From: a virus
Taxonomy: Duplodnaviria > Caudoviricetes
Virus record (IMG/VR): IMGVR_UViG_3300033076_000584
Location: 1 to 56,228 of that record
Length of the DNA: 56,228 nucleotides
Direction: 5' to 3' (one strand)
Position 1 is the stretch's first letter; every line of letters starts with the position of its first letter. The translations under genes were made by a program, and so were the position numbers. The notes beneath the pieces were generated by a model that had not been told where the DNA came from, made no database searches, and was given only the letters and a program-made list of their open reading frames with translations. This document shows positions 53,981 to 56,228 of this stretch, one piece after another.

Positions 53981-54795
53981 CAGCAGTCCCACTTTCTAAG
54001 AGACAGGGCCTTGCGCGTTGGACGGCCCTTCTCGTCCTTCATTGGCCCGGGCATGCCGCTCATCCGAGCACAGAAGCTCTTGCGACGAGCGGCCGCCTTG
54101 GGAGACTTTTTGGCCTGCTTGGCCGAAACTGGTGGCTTGATGTCGTGGCCCTGCGCCTTCAGGCTGGCACGTCCCTTGGCGTTCAATCCGCCCTCAGGGT
54201 TCTTGCCTTCCTTGCGCGTCCATGCGCCGCCCTCTGCCATGGCCAGACCGCCTCGAGCATGGGGCTGTTTACCAACCATCTCGCGCAAGTGCTGATTGCG
54301 GGTGCTAACGAAAGCAACGTCACGCTCATGGTCAACGGGGTTGTTGCGCAGAGACGTGGCAAGGCCACCCTCTTGGAATTGCTTGCGATACTGTATGCCA
54401 CCAGACACGCCTGCGCCCGGCTGATACTGCAACCCTGCGCTGAAGGGGCCGCGCTGGTACTGAGCTTGAAGTTGAGCAACGTCCATGCCGGGGCTCACAG
54501 AGCCGCCAACATTTAGCTGACCGCCTGCAACTGGCATACCGTAATTTGCAGACGCGCCGCCGAAACCCTGCGGCCCGACCATTGCGTTACCGCTCAACAC
54601 GCCGGGGCCCACCTGCTGCATGTCCGAAAAAGACATGCCTTGCGGGTTTAACTGGGGGTTGCCGGGGATCTGCATCGACTGCTGATTTGGCGGAGGGCCA
54701 AGCGGCTTTAGACGCAAATTAAGGGCGTCATTGATCTCATCACGGGCTTTCGCCAGTCGCGCTTCAAACGGATAATTAGGCGGGCCAAAGGGCAT
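53980..54795 (-). CDS. Protein with C-terminal DUF6321-like basic domain
   Basis: WTRKEGKNP.GGLNAKGRAS...RRKSFCARM.GM...SLRKWDC. Confidence 0.7.
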   Translation of the reverse strand: MPFGPPNYPFEARLAKARDEINDALNLRLKPLGPPPNQQSMQIPGNPQLNPQGMSFSDMQQVGPGVLSGNAMVGPQGFGGASANYGMPVAGGQLNVGGSVSPGMDVAQLQAQYQRGPFSAGLQYQPGAGVSGGIQYRKQFQEGGLATSLRNNPVDHERDVAFVSTRNQHLREMVGKQPHARGGLAMAEGGAWTRKEGKNPEGGLNAKGRASLKAQGHDIKPPVSAKQAKKSPKAAARRKSFCARMSGMPGPMKDEKGRPTRKALSLRKWDC

Positions 54796-54805
54796 TGTGT
54801 TCGCC

Positions 54806-55072
54806 TTACGTGTACAGCACCACGACAGTGCCAGTGGTTACAACCGTCAGACCATTGTTAGCAGCGATGCCGTTGCCACCGAAGTGGACAGTCTCACCAG
54901 CCGTTGCGCCAGTCTTGGTGTACAGCACCACGCCGCTGCCAGCAGAAGCGTGGTCGTAAACGGTTACGTTACCAGCGCCAGTGACGGACAAACCAAAGAA
55001 CCCCGCCGGGGTCGGCTTAATCGTGGTGGTTGTGTTGTTAACAACCCGATAGCCAAGTTTATCACACATCAT
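54806..55072 (-). CDS. Small beta-rich virion protein
   Basis: Start MMCDKLGY after AAGGAG; G.VTVYD..SA.SG...GI....GL.V. Confidence 0.65.
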   Translation of the reverse strand: MMCDKLGYRVVNNTTTTIKPTPAGFFGLSVTGAGNVTVYDHASAGSGVVLYTKTGATAGETVHFGGNGIAANNGLTVVTTGTVVVLYT

Positions 55073-55176
55073 GTTGAAATCTCCTTCGGAGAAGGTGACC
55101 ACTTGAAGCGGGTATAGAGGGGGTGCCCCAAGTGGTCGCCTAACTATATCACACTAATTGCCAAAAGCGATATGCC

Positions 55177-55584
55177 TTAGGCGACAGTGCAACCGTTGTT
55201 CGAAAGGATCATCCAGCCGAGCGTGGTGAAGTATTGAAGCATCACGCTATCACCCACGTCGTTGAACGTGATGGTCGTGAAGCCCGTCTTCGTGGTCGGG
55301 GTCAGCGTGCCGTCGCCGCCGTCAGCAACCATAACAATCGACAGGATCTGGCCGTTCGTGCCGTTAGCCAGCGTCAGAGCGTTTGCGCCCGTTGTGGTGA
55401 GGCGAACAGTCGCAGCCGTGATCGGAACAGCGCCAGCGCCCGAGCGGGTGGTGACAGTGCCAATCGTAATGCCGGTGAGATCGCCTGTAACGTTACCCGT
55501 AACGTTGCCAGTGATGTTGCCGGTGACAGTGCCGATGAAGCCGTTGGTCGAAGTAACCGGACCGGAGAAAGTTGTAGAACCCAT
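55177..55584 (-). CDS. Capsid-associated fibre/decoration-like protein
   Basis: MGSTTFSGPV.S.NGF, (TGNV)n repeats, LTLANG..GQ; first gene after the capsid gene. Confidence 0.7.
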   Translation of the reverse strand: MGSTTFSGPVTSTNGFIGTVTGNITGNVTGNVTGDLTGITIGTVTTRSGAGAVPITAATVRLTTTGANALTLANGTNGQILSIVMVADGGDGTLTPTTKTGFTTITFNDVGDSVMLQYFTTLGWMILSNNGCTVA

Positions 55585-55597
55585 GTTCATATCCTTT

Positions 55598-55665
55598 ATG
55601 CACAAGTCGCTCGCCAGTCTGTGCATCGTCCGCTGGGGCGGTCTGGCAAGCTATTAATCCCAGAG
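55598..55665 (-). ncRNA. Structured cis RNA with two pseudoknots, probably the Mu-gpT-DE motif
   Basis: CUGGG/CCCAG, GCUUGCCAG/CUGGCGAGC and AUGCACA/UGUGCAU interleaved a-b-a'-c-b'-c'; downstream of a gpT-like capsid gene. Confidence 0.65.
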
Positions 55666-55705
55666 CCCCTCCATAGCATAAGAAATAGGCCTCTGCATAG
55701 CACAC

Positions 55706-55743
55706 AAAAGAAAACCCCCCTTGGCGGACCAAGAGGGGCTCCC
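55706..55743 (-). terminator. Rho-independent terminator after the capsid gene
   Basis: GAGCCCCTCTTGG-TCCG-CCAAGGGGGGTTTTCTTTT. Confidence 0.8.
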
Positions 55744-55765
55744 TTTGACCAGATGGTCAGCGTGA

Positions 55766-56228
55766 TTACACGCCCGGCGTACCGTAAACGCCACGCGGGT
55801 CGGTCCAGCCGAACGCATAACGCTCGGTGGCCTTGTACCGCATGCTGTCGGTTTCGAAGTCGCCTTCCATGGACTTTTCCAGACCACGGCGCATAGCGAG
55901 CTTCAGACCTTCCGGCGCATCCGTCTGCACCCACCATGCGGTGGTCGACGTGATACGCGACAGGTTGGCTTGACCGCCATCCAACAGCCCCATCGACTTG
56001 ACGGGGTTCACGTCGTTATCTGCCGTGCCAGCACGGAGAACCGACTTCAGCAGCACTTCAGCTTGGAAGACGTTGCTGGGACCAGCGACGATCTTCTTCG
56101 GCGTCAAACGAATGCGCTTGCCGTTGTTGTCAACAGCGTTGCGGATTTGAATGAGGATTTGCTCAAGCGAGGTCTGCGACAGAGCCGCAGCCGTGTTGAG
56201 CTGGTTGCTGAAGGTGGCACCGTTGGCC
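55766..56228 (-). CDS. Major capsid protein, C-terminal part
   Basis: (L)ANGATFSNQL...LSQTSLEQ..IQI....D.NGKRI...PKK...EGDFETDSMRYKATERY.FGWTDPRG.YG. Confidence 0.92.
   Translation of the reverse strand, partial: ANGATFSNQLNTAAALSQTSLEQILIQIRNAVDNNGKRIRLTPKKIVAGPSNVFQAEVLLKSVLRAGTADNDVNPVKSMGLLDGGQANLSRITSTTAWWVQTDAPEGLKLAMRRGLEKSMEGDFETDSMRYKATERYAFGWTDPRGVYGTPGV

Noticed and set aside
55598-55665. HDV-like or twister ribozyme call
   Set aside because: Helix order does not match those topologies and I could not place their catalytic residues; kept only as a structured RNA
1-56228. tRNA genes, alternative genetic code or programmed frameshifts
   Set aside because: No cloverleaf noticed; ORFs tile densely under the standard code with all three stops used; no convincing slippery site at gene ends (checked by eye only)

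Overview
The window is an apparently complete, circularly permuted ~56.2 kb tailed-phage genome. The Mu-gpT-like major capsid gene is split across the two ends and rejoins in frame (…NHP|LANGATF…). A GapR/DUF2312 gene and alphaproteobacterial-style promoters point to an alphaproteobacterial host. No tape-measure, sheath, integrase, helicase, DNA polymerase or tRNA gene is recognisable; podovirus-like morphology is inferred. A minus-strand late region runs 7829→1 and wraps 56228→20789: terminase, portal, GroES, scaffold, capsid, small basic proteins, adaptors, tail fibres with a 2OG-Fe(II) oxygenase, a ferritin-like protein, a secreted/membrane module, lysis genes, nozzle and ejection proteins. 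A divergent early/middle region (7962-20714) holds a DUF1376-type replication initiator, ERF/YqaJ/NinB/SSB recombination genes, MazG, GapR and many small ORFs. Most notable unannotated signals: (1) a plasmid-like control switch in front of the replication initiator, made of a 15-codon leader peptide, an SD-sequestering hairpin and a counter-transcribed antisense RNA; (2) six dispersed promoter/hairpin/RBS cassettes in the early region; (3) a double-pseudoknot RNA after the capsid gene (Mu-gpT-DE-like); (4) a shared hydrophobic-x-x-GG peptide motif in unrelated virion-associated proteins; (5) a three-gene secreted module with an Asn/Thr/Ser beta-repeat protein inside a lysis region lacking obvious spanins; (6) a putative glycosylase-fold cargo at the end of the ejection operon. 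All family calls come from motif recognition, not database searches.
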